Notes: generated by a model from the sequence alone, not told the origin. A stretch of DNA of 52,140 nt from Jimgerdemannia flammicorona (GCA_003990765.1 RBNJ01000021.1:1-52140), one strand, 5' to 3'; counted from the stretch's first letter, positions 12,965 to 25,129 are shown. Translations and numbers: made by a program.

Positions 12965-14215
12965 GTCTGAATATAGATTTTAACTTAGCTATAATAGTTT
13001 TTTATTTTATTTTTATAATTAGTAAGAATATATATTAAAGTCTTTATTAAGGTGTTTTTATTTAATTTATTAAATAAAAAATATTTATAAATATTATTAG
13101 AACTTATTTAATATTTATATTATATAATTTTAATAATATAAAGATATATATTATATAATAGTTGATTAATTTATTTAAAATATATTAGTTAGGTACTTTT
13201 AAAGTAAATAAATACAGGATTAAAATCTCACTAATTTTAACAATTATAAGATTGCAAAATATTAAAATATTTTCAAGATTGACTATCTACTAATATTAGA
13301 GATCTTTCCACTAAATAAATTAAACCAAGAAAGATGAGATAAATTACAGTATGATAAATATCCTAACATAACTATTATATTGTAAATCAAGATATGTATA
13401 TTATGGAGATCTTACTAAGTCTTTAGCTCTTAATGAGTCGGGAACATCGTAACCATAATGTTATGTAACCTGATTTAGTTTGATTTCGTTGATCTCGGGG
13501 TGTTAATACCTTGGAAGCAGGTAACGCTCATACTTTGTTAGGTTACTTGTTAAAGCATATATTCACCGTTTTGTATTGAACCTCGTTTCAGCATTTCGTC
13601 TGTAGACAACTATATTTCAGCATGAACCAATTTAGTGTATTATTAATTTGCAGAAAGGCTCGTGTGCAACGTGACATTTGCCTGGGCATGAAAAGGCAAT
13701 ATACATGTTTGACAGACCGCACCGACGTGGCCGTAACGTCGGTAATAACGCCATGCAACCGTTTTACTGCTGCTTGACAACCTCCAGTCTAAACTAAAAA
13801 AAAGAAAAATGTGAAGAGAGATTCTCCTTATCGTAGTTTCAGGTCTTGTTGAAGCAGTGACTGCATTCTACAAACCCCACGCTGCTGCCAATACCTGAAT
13901 ACCTGAACCAGCTCAAGTGTCGGCCACACCGGACGCAACAAACATTTAGCAAGTCTGTAAACGAACTTCTTTTTTATATCGTGCTGGTCTTGGCCATGCC
14001 CGTATTTCGGAACGGGCAAGTTTGCAACCTTATGGATGGAAAATCGATGGTGTTTAAGCTATTTCATCGGTGTTTGAAATTTACGTTCTCGGCGGGAATT
14101 TGCACCGTGAAACTGTGAATGAGATAAATTTCCTCAATTTTTCAACAAGTTCTTCTCTTCCACGCCAGGACATCGACCCCAACCGGCAGATAGTTCTACC
14201 AACCTCTACTACGAT

Positions 14216-17200
14216 ATGGCCACCGTCACTCCCACACCTGGGGTCTCTATCGTAGCTTATGATGACAAGGATCAAGTGGTATACACCCTGACCGCTGCCG
14301 ACCTCCCGACCTATAACGGAAAATTCTTCCCGAAAATGAACTCGGTGCAATACTACCACATTGGAAACGGCACGACCTTGCTGGAGGCGAGATCTCCATT
14401 CTTAGGTATTCCCAAGGCCGGCGTTGCTGGGGTTGCCATGACAGTCATAAACAACTTTATTTATGTCAATCGCAACGCGGATAAAACGGATCAATACACC
14501 GTTAAGCTTGTCGTCGGCACGTGGGACGACATGGTCGCAAATGTCTGCACCCCAGGGTCGTCTTGCCCTGATATCGTCTTTATTGGGTCGACACAGGTAT
14601 TTATTTTACTCTGGTGAATCTCCGTGATAGATTCATTCCGTCTGATGAATTTTCTATTCTATTTTAGGTGGCAGGGCAAGCGGCAAATCAAACCATCCTC
14701 CAACTAGAATCTTTCTTTGACGAGTACACCGAAATCAATAGTTGGCTTCTTAAAGATGCCTTCTCCAAGGTAAGGGTGGCTCGTAATTTTCAAATCACTT
14801 GTCTACCTATGCACGCTGTTCACAGTTGTCCTAAATCCTTTCAGCTTACATACTATGACTACACGTATAATGGAAACTGGTGAGTTTCATGCTATTACCT
14901 ATGTGAGGTATAATTGGTATAATCGAATTTCGCTGATTGACATCTCATTCATATAGGTACGCCGTCCCCCTCACGACGGACATGCGCCTTCTCTTTTACA
15001 ACACAACAACCTTCGACATACTCGGATTGACTCATCCCCCACCAGTCGGAACCACCTGGGGTGATGAATGGTGGCGTACCTGGAACTGGTACGAACTTCG
15101 TCCATAAAGGCTATATCACTCAAAATATCGCCTATCCCTCACTGAATCATCTTCGGCATGGGTTTTCAGGACTCAATTTACTCAGTATGCGAACACCATT
15201 CGTAACTCGGGGCTTGGATATGGCTTTACCTTTTCGGGCACTGTAAGTTACTGGTCCGTTATTCAATTCCTGGAGAGGCATGATTTTTGGCCTGACTTTT
15301 TAATTGTGACCGTTCTAGTATGACGAAGAGACGAAGTTCATGGCCATGATTGCTCGCAATTGGGACGTCCAGGTTGTGACCAGTAACGGCTCATGGTATT
15401 GGCTTACCCTCTCCATTTTTTTATTACCTTCCGACCTTGTGGTATTCGTTTGAAATCCTGACATTTTCTCACACCACCACAAAGCGGTCTACGCAATTCT
15501 AATTTCGAAGAGGTGCTCGACCAAGTCATCCGCCCGCTTTTCCTGCCCAACAGCGCCGGCCTCACAGCTGCAAACGCGGACAGTTTCTACGACAATGCAA
15601 CTGTAGGATTCAAAGAGTGGCAGAACACTCCGCTTGACCAAGTCAATCTTACGACTCTTGACCCAAATATATTCTGTTGCCAGTTCAACAACTTGCCTGT
15701 GCCCATTACTGGGATGAACATTGATTCGTTAGTATTAACAATGAATTTATGTGAATATTTGAAGGCATGGTGTGTCTTAACCACCAGCATTTTCATGCAT
15801 TAAGAGTAGAAGGCCAACCCTTCGCCACTCTCTGGGCCAAGCAGGCAGCTGCCAGCAACAGTACTGATAGCACCACCACCGCTGTCAATGCCACCGCTTA
15901 CGTCGGCGACCTCGGTGTTGCGTTTGCCCCCGGCATAGCCACATGTAAGTAACCTTACGTCGGATTTGACATTACCACGATGAACGCCGCCCGCTCAGAC
16001 AACTTTATTTCCCTATAACAGACCTCGGTGGAACGGCCGTAGCCATCACGCAAGGAGCAAAACAGAAGGAACTAGCCTGGAAGTTAATCACCTTTATGAC
16101 CAGTCAAAACCCTGAAACGCCATATCTCAACGTCTGGAGCTACCAGGCCGGGCTGCCTCCACCGTATGACACCTCGTTGGAACTTCCGCCATGTAAGGTC
16201 TCAAACGGCTGTGTTGCATGATGTTATGGAAGGATTTCTACAATACTTAATTGATTCGTGTGTCTTGGCGATTTCCCCCACCCTCTTTTTTTATTTTATT
16301 TTTTTCTAGGGAGTGCGCAACCATATGAAGTGGCCCGTATGTCATTTAAGCATGCTGTACCCATTCAGTATCCAAATACCGCAATCCCTCAGTTTAGCAG
16401 TATTGAGAAAGCGCATGGTTGGTATCCTTCAATGTGAGCCTTCTTTTATTTGCTGATCCGGAGTACATGATTCAGGCCAACTAAATGCTCGTGTACTTAC
16501 ACAGTGTATAGACAACTGATGTTGGAGATTATCCTAAAGAATGCGACAAACGATCAGGCCATTAACCGTGCTTGCCAAGTGAGTGATTATTTATAATTTC
16601 CGGCTGTTACGAGTGAGGAGCATCTCATGACTGACAAATTAATCACACCCGTCGTCAGGTCCTGGAGGATATCGGGGCTCCTGCATGCACAGCCCAAGAC
16701 TGGGTTTTCTACCAGCCGCCGTACTGCTCGCCGGGTACCAATCATCTCGACCTGACTTACGCAAAGAATTCGACCAGTATCTGTCGCCGAGGTGTTCCCC
16801 TCCCTCTTCCTTACTCGCTTCAATGCCCTTACATCCCATTCAACAGCCCTTTCGGTCTTATAATCGCTATGCTCACGGGAATCGGCCTCATGACGTCGCT
16901 CGTGTACATGCTCATGCTTGCCTGGTACCGCCGTTCCGACCCCATCAAGAGGGCAAGCTTCGTCTTCTGCGAGGTCATCCTCCTCGGTTCTGTATTCATG
17001 TACATGACCCCTATATTTATGACCGATACCCTCGTCCTCTGGAAATGCAACGTTTCCATATGGGTGTTGGTTATCGGGTTCGGCATGACGTTTGGCGGTC
17101 TCTTTGTGAAACTGATGAGGATTTACAAGATCTTCTCCAATAAGGGCTTCAAAGTGATTCGTGTAACAGATTGGTTCCTATTCAAGAACCTCTTGATCAT

Positions 17201-17933
17201 TATTGCCTTTGAGATCGCCGCACTTCTGATATGGACTTTTGCAGACGGCGGCCCGCAGATGGCCGAGACAACCATCGGCAGAGAACCAACCCAGAACATT
17301 CCCATCCATCAAAACACGTGCAACTTTGGCTCGTCGGGCGCCTTGGCTGCTCTTGGGGCCGTTAACCTCGTCCTCATCATTCTCGCTGTCGGTGTCGCCT
17401 TCGCGACCTGGTCCGTCCCCACACAGTACAACGAAACAAAGGTCATCATCACCTCCGTGTTTGGTGTCTCGTTCGGTTGCTTTGTTTGCGTCCCTCTCCT
17501 CTTCGTTGTCCCGTCTGCCACCGTCGCCATGATCGTTGGCCCCGCGATCGACATAGCACTGTTGTTTTCCATGGCGGTCTTCTGCGTCCCCAAGGTGTAC
17601 GAAAGCATTCGACTGGAGAATCGGCGCGCATCTCACTCGAACACGAAATCAGAATGTTGGGGCTGGGCGTCCGCTAAAGCCAAATCAACCCAAGGCAGCA
17701 AATCATCCAAAGGCAAGGTGAGCAAGGACAGCGCCAGCAGAGAGATGGAAAGACATCTCTCAGAAATATCCGACCCGGAGGAACACAACATCCGCATGGA
17801 TCCCACCGCTTTGACGCCCATCGACACACAGTCGGCCATCAGGCGATTTAATCTCGGTCTTTCGAGTACTCCGGCCAACAACGAATTCTGTCCACACTGT
17901 GGACTGGGTATAGGGGCCTGTGGTGAGCGCTAA
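14216..17933 (+). CDS. Class C (GABA-B-like, 7tm_3) GPCR-like receptor with an N-terminal family-1 extracellular solute-binding (sugar-binding type) domain; ~936 aa, 12 exons
   Basis: Manual GT-AG splice model: 14216-14596, 14668-14769, 14845-14879, 14957-15088, 15170-15242, 15319-15395, 15485-15727, 15805-15944, 16022-16192, 16310-16417, 16505-16578, 16659-17933. This totals 2811 nt in one open frame. SBP motifs: CPDIVFIG, GNWYAVPLTTDMRLLFYNTTTFDILGLTHPP, LGGTAVAI..AKQKELAWKLITFMTS. 7TM motifs: PIKRASFVFC, GFGMTFGGLFVKLMRIYKIF, VPTQYNETK, FCVPK. The 5' end is uncertain because there is no signal peptide after Met 14216. Confidence 0.9.
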
Positions 17934-18975
17934 GGACAGGCTGTTGCTTTATCTGCGAACCTTATTTAGACGAGTATAATATATTGTTGTTTCGCATAGA
18001 AGGACGGGGCATTGTGATATTTATTGATATCTACTAAAATACCACAGACAATAGTTGTAATATATATAGAGATGATATATATATATATTAATACAGAGAA
18101 TTGATATCAAATAAAGAACTTCAAACATATCTTTTGCAAGGCCATGAAAAGGCACCTCAAGAAACAGCCTTCTACCGATCCCAACACTCCAATTCAGACA
18201 CCCGATTTGATTGGTCATTCAAGTGAACGTCGGGCTAGACTTGCAAAATCATATTTTGTCGAAATCAATCGAAGCACAAGGGCGAATGTTCTTTGCATTT
18301 TTGGAGGTTGGCTGTTAACAAGCTCAGTGGAAGCGGAGAACCATGATATTTTTTGATAAGGGCCGGAATGTTATGGGGGGAGCGAAGGCCTCACGGCACT
18401 TGATCATAGTTCCCGGTACGTGGAGATCGGGTTCCAAACAATTTTCCTGCTTGTTCCGCGTGCAGCTGTTTTAGTTCAGCTCACATGGGGTGACACCTGT
18501 TTTTTGAGTCATACTAAACCGCCAGAGGAGACATTTTATAAGTGGACGCCTCATATTCCTTAATGCAGGAAAAAAAACCGCCGATATAAATTCGGGTGTG
18601 ACCTCCTCGACATCGGTGAATCTGGGTTCGAGCTGTGACGGCTCATGCAGGTGTTCCCTTCATGAGAAATCCTAGCTGAAATCGCCGAAATTTCATTTAC
18701 GAGCGTTTTGAACACAAGCCAAGCAAGCTCTGTGAGCAGAACAGCGCGGAGGATGACAGTTATTGGGGTATAGGCGATACGTTCCGTAATTTATCACGAA
18801 AAAAAAAACCGCATTTTGACCCGCCTTCTTACGCGTTCGTTAGAATGCGCAGGTTCAGAATGTAGCCAGAATCAGATTGCACCTGGGAACGCCAGCTCAG
18901 ATTGCGCGAAAGCGTACACGTTGGGAATGCTTCCAGAATAACAGCCATTCATACTTGCACTTTCTCAATTGTCAC

Positions 18976-19228
18976 TAGTGCTGAATCAAATCGAATTTCT
19001 GTTAAATTCAATTTGATTCAAATAGTTTAAATTAAATTTTGCCCCATTCAATTCATATTGAAGTCCAATTCAACTCAATTCAATTTTTTAAAATTCAATT
19101 ACATGTATATGTCTAAAATATATCCTAATTAAATCATTTTTAGCCATTGTATTTACTTTGAATATATAGACAAATTCAGCATAATAAAATTTGTTAAATT
19201 TCAATATTTTTCAATTGAGAAAAGTTTT

Positions 19229-19265
<37 letters not shown>

Positions 19266-19335
19266 CAATCAGATTTTAATTTAATTCAAATTAAATCAAA
19301 TAAGATCTCAATTAAATTTAAATTCAAAATTATTA
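18976..19335. mobile_element. AT-rich MITE-like element starting TAGTGCTGAATC
   Basis: Has the same TAGTGCT start and AATCRAAT-type internal motifs as the 12687 element. The right TIR is degenerate. It marks the right edge of the CpG-normal island. Confidence 0.45.
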
Positions 19336-19552
19336 TTATAGGCGAAATTTAGTAAAGATAGTAATTATTGAGAAGAAAGAAATATAAATTATATATATAA
19401 TGAGAAGAAATAATTTATCTGTATATTATATAAGAGAATTTTATCTAAAATTCTTTATATAATATAATATTATCTTTTATATTAAGATAAATAATTATAA
19501 TATATAATAGATAACTAAGTATAGAATAAAGATAAATAAAAACAAAATTTAA

Positions 19553-19931
19553 TATAATAATAATTTCACAGTTATATTTTAGTCTTAGTACTTTTTGCAT
19601 CTTTTCTCTAGTCTTTTTTTATCTTTTCTTGGTACCAAGTATCTTGTCTTAGCTAGTCATAGAACATTTTGGAATATTGTAGAATTCTATTAGTTATCTT
19701 TACTAAGAACCTATTTCTTAGCCTTTCTCTTCTATTCTAAGATTCTTTTATATCTTTCTTTCAGATCCTATATAAATATCTTTATTCTTTACTTAAATAA
19801 AGCTCAGAATATTTTCTCTTAGAATTTCTTTAAGAACACTTGAACCTACAAATATCTCTTTGAGCTACTTTAGATCTATTAAAATTATCAGAACTTAGCT
19901 ACTTTCTCTTAAAGAAACTAGAACTATTATA
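19553..19931 (+). repeat. B1 5' LTR
   Basis: Direct repeat of 34947-35234 plus 35791-35883, and reverse complement of 45354-45817. Termini are mutated TGTAAT...CATTACA. Confidence 0.85.
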
Positions 19932-19933
19932 CT

Positions 19934-19951
19934 TAATAGCAGTAGATAGTT
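19934..19951 (+). promoter_or_regulatory. Primer binding site, initiator tRNA-Met-like
   Basis: taatagcagtagatagtt resembles the eukaryotic iMet PBS TGGTAGCAGAGGATGGTT, differing mostly by G>A changes. It starts 2 nt after the LTR. Confidence 0.65.
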
Positions 19952-20079
19952 ATATCTTTTCTTATTAAGAAACCTTATATAAATTTAGAAACTAGTCACA
20001 ACTAGTTATAAGAGTTCAAATGAACTATAGAGAACTAGTCTATTATCTAGATCTCTCTGCTACAGAAGAAGCAGATGAT

Positions 20080-23000
20080 GCAGAATCATAAGTCAATCTG
20101 GAGGAAATGATTACCATCATAACTCATCAAATTTGACAACTTTAAGCACAGATAGACTATCAGAAAATAAAGACTGTAGCTATATCACATCTTACTACTA
20201 CACTAGTCAGCTTCAAGCTACTCAAGTCAGATATCTTTAATGATTATTAAGAAGGAATAACTATAGATATATAGATCTTCCAGTTAGACTAATACTTCAA
20301 ACTTATAAGAATGGAAAAAGATATATAAGTCCAATTTACTACCTTACTTTTCTGAGGAAATATAGCTATTTGATAGCATAATTATAATATAACTACTACT
20401 ATCTATTTAAATATAAGAATCCAAGATTGAAAATCCTTCAAAAAGGTCCTTCACCAGTAGTTCAAGTCTGTTAATACTACCAAACTAGCTAGAGATAAGC
20501 TAGCAAATATATATCAAACAACTTAAGTATATATAAAGTAACAATATATAATTTCTGTCAATTTCACTTAAACTACTAGTGATATCAGAAGATAAAAAGA
20601 TAGACTACTATATCTGAGGCCTGAAAGGAAATACATAAGTTAAGATCAAGTTAAAAGAACCACAGACCCTCTATAAAGCCATAAGAATTGTCAATAGATT
20701 TAATGTTATTACCTTTAGTAACTACTTTGAGCCAAAATACTACAAGAGAAACTATTTTGAGAACTATTACAAAAACCAACTCAAAGCAGTTGGCCTAGTA
20801 TCAATGGATTTAGATACTATAAACAAGAAGAATACCAAGCATACTCTAGAAGAAATAGACTATCTAAAAATATCTGGAGCTTACTTCTTCTGTTACCAAA
20901 TAAGATACATTGCAATCAAATGTTCTAAAAAGACTAGTGAACTCTCAAGACTAGTTACTATATTATTCAAAGATATACCTATCAACTCTACTATCAGTTA
21001 ATCTGAACTCAAGATCAAGAAGCTTTATTTAAAGACCCAGATCTCTCAATATCAATCAGAAGAGACTATTGGTCTTAACCTATACTCTGTCAAGCAAGTC
21101 ACTATTCTAGCCAAAGGCTGAACTCTGGTATCTACTGAAATTATAGTTCAATATCCTAAAGGACATTATACTAGAATTATATTATGATCAAAACTCAGTA
21201 TCAAATATTATTTAAATATAGGTACTGATATCATTGACTTAGACTATTAAGGATAAGTTCAAGTCTTATTAACCAGAAAGATTAAAACTATATAGTTAAG
21301 AAAGGAGATCAAGTTGCACAAATAATCCTAGAAAAAGCCAGTCAATCCAAGATCACAGAAGTCTAAGAACTATCTAAAACTAAGCAAGATTAGAAAGATT
21401 TTAATAGTATTGATCAAGTAGTAAGTTTTACTAAAAATTGAGCTCAAGCTATCCTTATTTTCAAGAGTTTAGTTAAAGAAAAAGAAGTTTAAGTATATAT
21501 AGAAAGTAGAGCTACAGAATACTTCATCAACTAGAACCTCATCAAAAATCTTGAGATTCTTACTAAGCCAATATTCAAGAATGATGGTATAGTAACTGCA
21601 GATAGTACACTATATCTTATTAAGTCAATTACAGCCAAACTACTCATCAAGATTCAGAAATATTAGAAATGAGTAAACTTTGAGATTATACTACTAAGAG
21701 ATCATAATTTGATCTTAGAAAAACCCTGGCTTATCAAATATAATTCAAACATTGATTAATATAAGAATAATGTTACTCTACTTTAAGAAGGAGTCAATAT
21801 CATCATCAAGATAGATAGACCTATGAACAAAATTAAGATTGTAATACTCTCAGTGATATAGTATAAGAAAGTACTCAAGAAGACAGTATATATCTTTGTT
21901 GTAATAATCTGTTCCAAGACATAAGATAAGAAGCTCTCAATTAATGAAAGTATTAAGTTATTACTTGAAAAATTTAAAGATGTCTTTTCAGACAAGCTAT
22001 CTGATCTACCATCTATATGAGAAGTTAATCATGAAATTGAACTGACTTTAGGAGCTGTATCACCAAGAAATATATATACTATATATTATCTCTTGAGATT
22101 GAAGTAGTTAAGAAAAAACTAGAAGAGTTACTTATATGAAGAGCCATTTAACCAAGTAAGTCTCCCTATAGCTCATCAGTCTTATTTGTCAAGAAGAAGA
22201 ATAGTATGCTATAAATATATATAGACTACTGAGTACTCAATAAGCTTACAGTTAAGAACTAATATCTGCTACTTTTAATTGATCAAATTTTTGATACTAT
22301 TAAGAATGCTAAGTACTTCACTAAGCTGGACCTTATGTCAGAATACTACTAAATCCAAATTAAGCTAGAAGATATTTCCAAGACTACATTCATAACTCCC
22401 TTTGAACTTAATAAATTTTTAGTCCTAATATTTAATCTTACTAATATACTTATCATATTCTAGACCCTCTTCTTGTTTATATATCTTGATGATATTCTGA
22501 TCTTTAGTGCAACTAAAGAAGTATATCTCAAGCATATCTAAGTAGTTCTGGAAATCTTATGAAATATAAACTTTATGTAAAGCTTAAGAAATGTGAATTT
22601 TTAAAAGAACAAGTTGAATATCTTAGTCATATTATCTCTATATAAGAAATTCAAGTAGATTTATACAAGATAGAGGCAATTCCAAAATATCCTATTCTAT
22701 CAAAACTTACAGAACTTTAGTTCTTTCTTGGTCTAGCTGACTACTATTATCATTTTGTCAGAAACTTCTCTGGCATTACTGAGCTACTGACCAATCTCAT
22801 AAGGAAGGCCTTTTACTCTGATTACTACATATCCTATACTTGGGACCTCTTTTGTCAATAAGTCTTCTAAGAACTTAAGAACTGTCTAATCTATGCTCTA
22901 GTTGATCCAAGTCTGAAATTTACTATTACTACTAATATATTGAATTTTGCCATTAGAGCAGTCTTGTTATAAGATGATGGTAAAGGACATCACTCTATTG

Positions 23001-23764
23001 CCTTTAAGTCTCACAAGTTAACCTCAGCAGAACAAAAGCTAGCTACTTATGAGAAGGAGCTACTAATAATAATATATATATTAGACCACTGGTGATACTA
23101 TCTAGAATGTGTTGGGTTTGATATTATTACTAATTATCAATCTCTTAAGTATATTAACACCCAATCTACTCTGTTATACCTAAAAGCCAAGTAGAGTTAA
23201 AAGCTTCAAACCTTTAATCTGACAATTATCTATAAGTCTGGTAAAATAATTATAGTACTAAATACTTTATCTAGATACCCAGACCTCACTATAATTATAC
23301 AAGTTACTCTGACATCAGAATTTCTAGACCAAATCAGGCAAGCTTACAAATAAGACACTATTATCACTAGAGTCTTCATAAATTAGCTCAAGGATATATA
23401 TACTATCAAGGATAATCTGATCTACTATCAAGACAAAGTCTATCTATCTGACAACATAAATCTACACTATATGATACTACAAGAACACTATGACTTCCCA
23501 CTTACTAATTATCCTGAAATTGAGAAAACTGTTAAGAATATCCAGTATCACTACTATTGTTAGCTATGATCTCTATCAGTACAACAAGGCTACCAACTAA
23601 GTACTAGTTAGTTTGCTACAACTACTGCTAATTCTAATTAAAAAATTTAAATAATTTACAATGGACTTTATAACTCAACTACTATAAACTCAATCTGGTA
23701 CTAATACTATCATCATATTTATTAATTATCTGACCAAGACTATGGTTGCTGAACTTATTACTAT
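20080..23764 (+). pseudogene. B1 gag (zinc knuckle ~20880-20925), dUTPase, protease (~21450-21760), RT (~22050-22750), RNase H (~22900-23280), integrase N-terminal part
   Basis: GAYFFCYQIRYIAIKC knuckle; RT FTKLDLMSEYY and IYLDDILIFS; RNase H FAIRAVL and YEKELL; integrase FTMDFITQL. Many stops. Confidence 0.85.
21040..21420 (+). pseudogene. dUTPase domain of B1, between gag and protease
   Basis: ETIGLNLYS, TLVSTEI..YPKGHYTRI, IIDLDY*G*VQVLL, GDQVAQIILEK and TKQD*KDFNS are degenerate motifs I-V. Confidence 0.8.
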
Positions 23765-25098
23765 TGTAACATATCTGGCCCAATAGAGATAAATTATAAG
23801 GTTGAGAGTTGATGTAGTTTGGCTTGAACTCCTAGTTACTTTGTCAAAAGTAACAAAATGTTCTAAGATTCCTAAGGTCCTTGGTGTTTAGTAGTATAAT
23901 AGTCAATTCTAGATACAATGGTAGTCCCTCTGTTCACTTGATAGTTGATTTATATGGATTTCCTTATTGAGACAGTTCTCTGGATATAGTGGCAATTTAT
24001 GTGTATATGTATATAGCAGATATACAATTTAGCAGTTTTCCTTCTTAAGTGGTGGTAATCTCCAAAAGTATGTAATTTCTGTATGATAATCTCTTATGTA
24101 GTGTAATAATCTCTATATAGCACAATGAGTTCCTTATGCAATTTTAATTTGGCATAGATTCTTCTGAACTAGGCTCACTAGAAATAGAGGATAGTATAGA
24201 TTCTCCCTGAATCAGCAGCTTACTAAAAATAGATAAATAACTTGGATAACATAGATAACTCAAATAACTCAGATGTCATGGATTCCTAGTAAGTTGTATC
24301 TAAGACTGGCTTCATTTGTATGAATAAATCACTGTGAAGTTATATCAGAAGACTGGCTTATGGCAAGAATAATAGGTTCTCTAGGAATGCAGGTAACTTG
24401 AAAATGATAGATAATGTAGATTCTCCTGAATCAGCAGGCTTTTTGGATAATAACTCAGATTCTCCAGGCTTAGTCTGACAAGTATACAAAAATACAGCAG
24501 CTTATTTCTTAAGTAGCAGGTTTCTCTTCAAAAGGTAGCAAAGTTCTTTACTTAAACTTAAGTGGTAAATCTTCAGGCTTATCTGATAGGCAAACCAAGA
24601 CTTTGTATTGGAAAGTAGACCAGAGTGAGAAAAGAGAACCAATGCTCACAATCTCTTAGTAGTGGCTTTAGAGTGGGCATTTCTCCTAAGTATTGCAATC
24701 TAATTCCTTTAGAATCAAGTGGCTTTTGACAGACATATCCCTTGAAGTATAGTAGGCAGACTTGTCTTTTGCTTTGAATTTCAGACTTTTCGGACTGAGG
24801 TTTATTCACTCTTATCTCTGGGGTATTTTATATAGTTGTGATTGCTATCTGATTACTATATTGCTAACTATAGATTGCTATCTATAGCAAGTGTTCCTAG
24901 ATGGAACAGTATACTCACTAGGTATGGTATACCTACTAGATACAGTGTACTCACTCAGTATAGGTAAATATACTGTTTCTGATATCTCTGGCTAATTATA
25001 CAGGTTGGTGCAGTAAAGCAGTCTTGGTTGCTTAGTATACTAGATATAGTATATGGCTAATTTATAAATTCAGTAGTACAATTCTGTTGCTCATCACA
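23765..25098 (-). repeat. C 3' LTR (~1.33 kb)
   Basis: TGTAAC...TCACA, a direct repeat of 32505-33703. A G-rich PPT-like sequence (gtgggggc on minus) is adjacent at ~25102-25110. Confidence 0.9.
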
Positions 25099-25129
25099 TC
25101 AGCCCCCACTAACAGATGATCTGTTCTCA

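Noticed and set aside
14216-16578. Bacterial contamination or recent transfer of an ABC sugar-binding gene
   Set aside because: It has eleven spliceosomal introns and is fused in frame to a eukaryotic 7TM domain.
16587-17881. Multiple antisense and alternate-frame ORFs over the 7TM exon
   Set aside because: These are expected shadows of a GC-rich coding exon and have no motifs.
19841-19850. B LTR ending at ...cctaca (19850/35246)
   Set aside because: Similarity continues to 19931, 35883 and 45354, and the PBS follows 19931. The 35246 match belongs to the MITE TIR.
24579-24809. 76-aa ORF in the family C LTR
   Set aside because: It is short and broken by a stop and a frameshift in the other LTR, with no frame-conservation evidence, unlike the family A LTR ORF.
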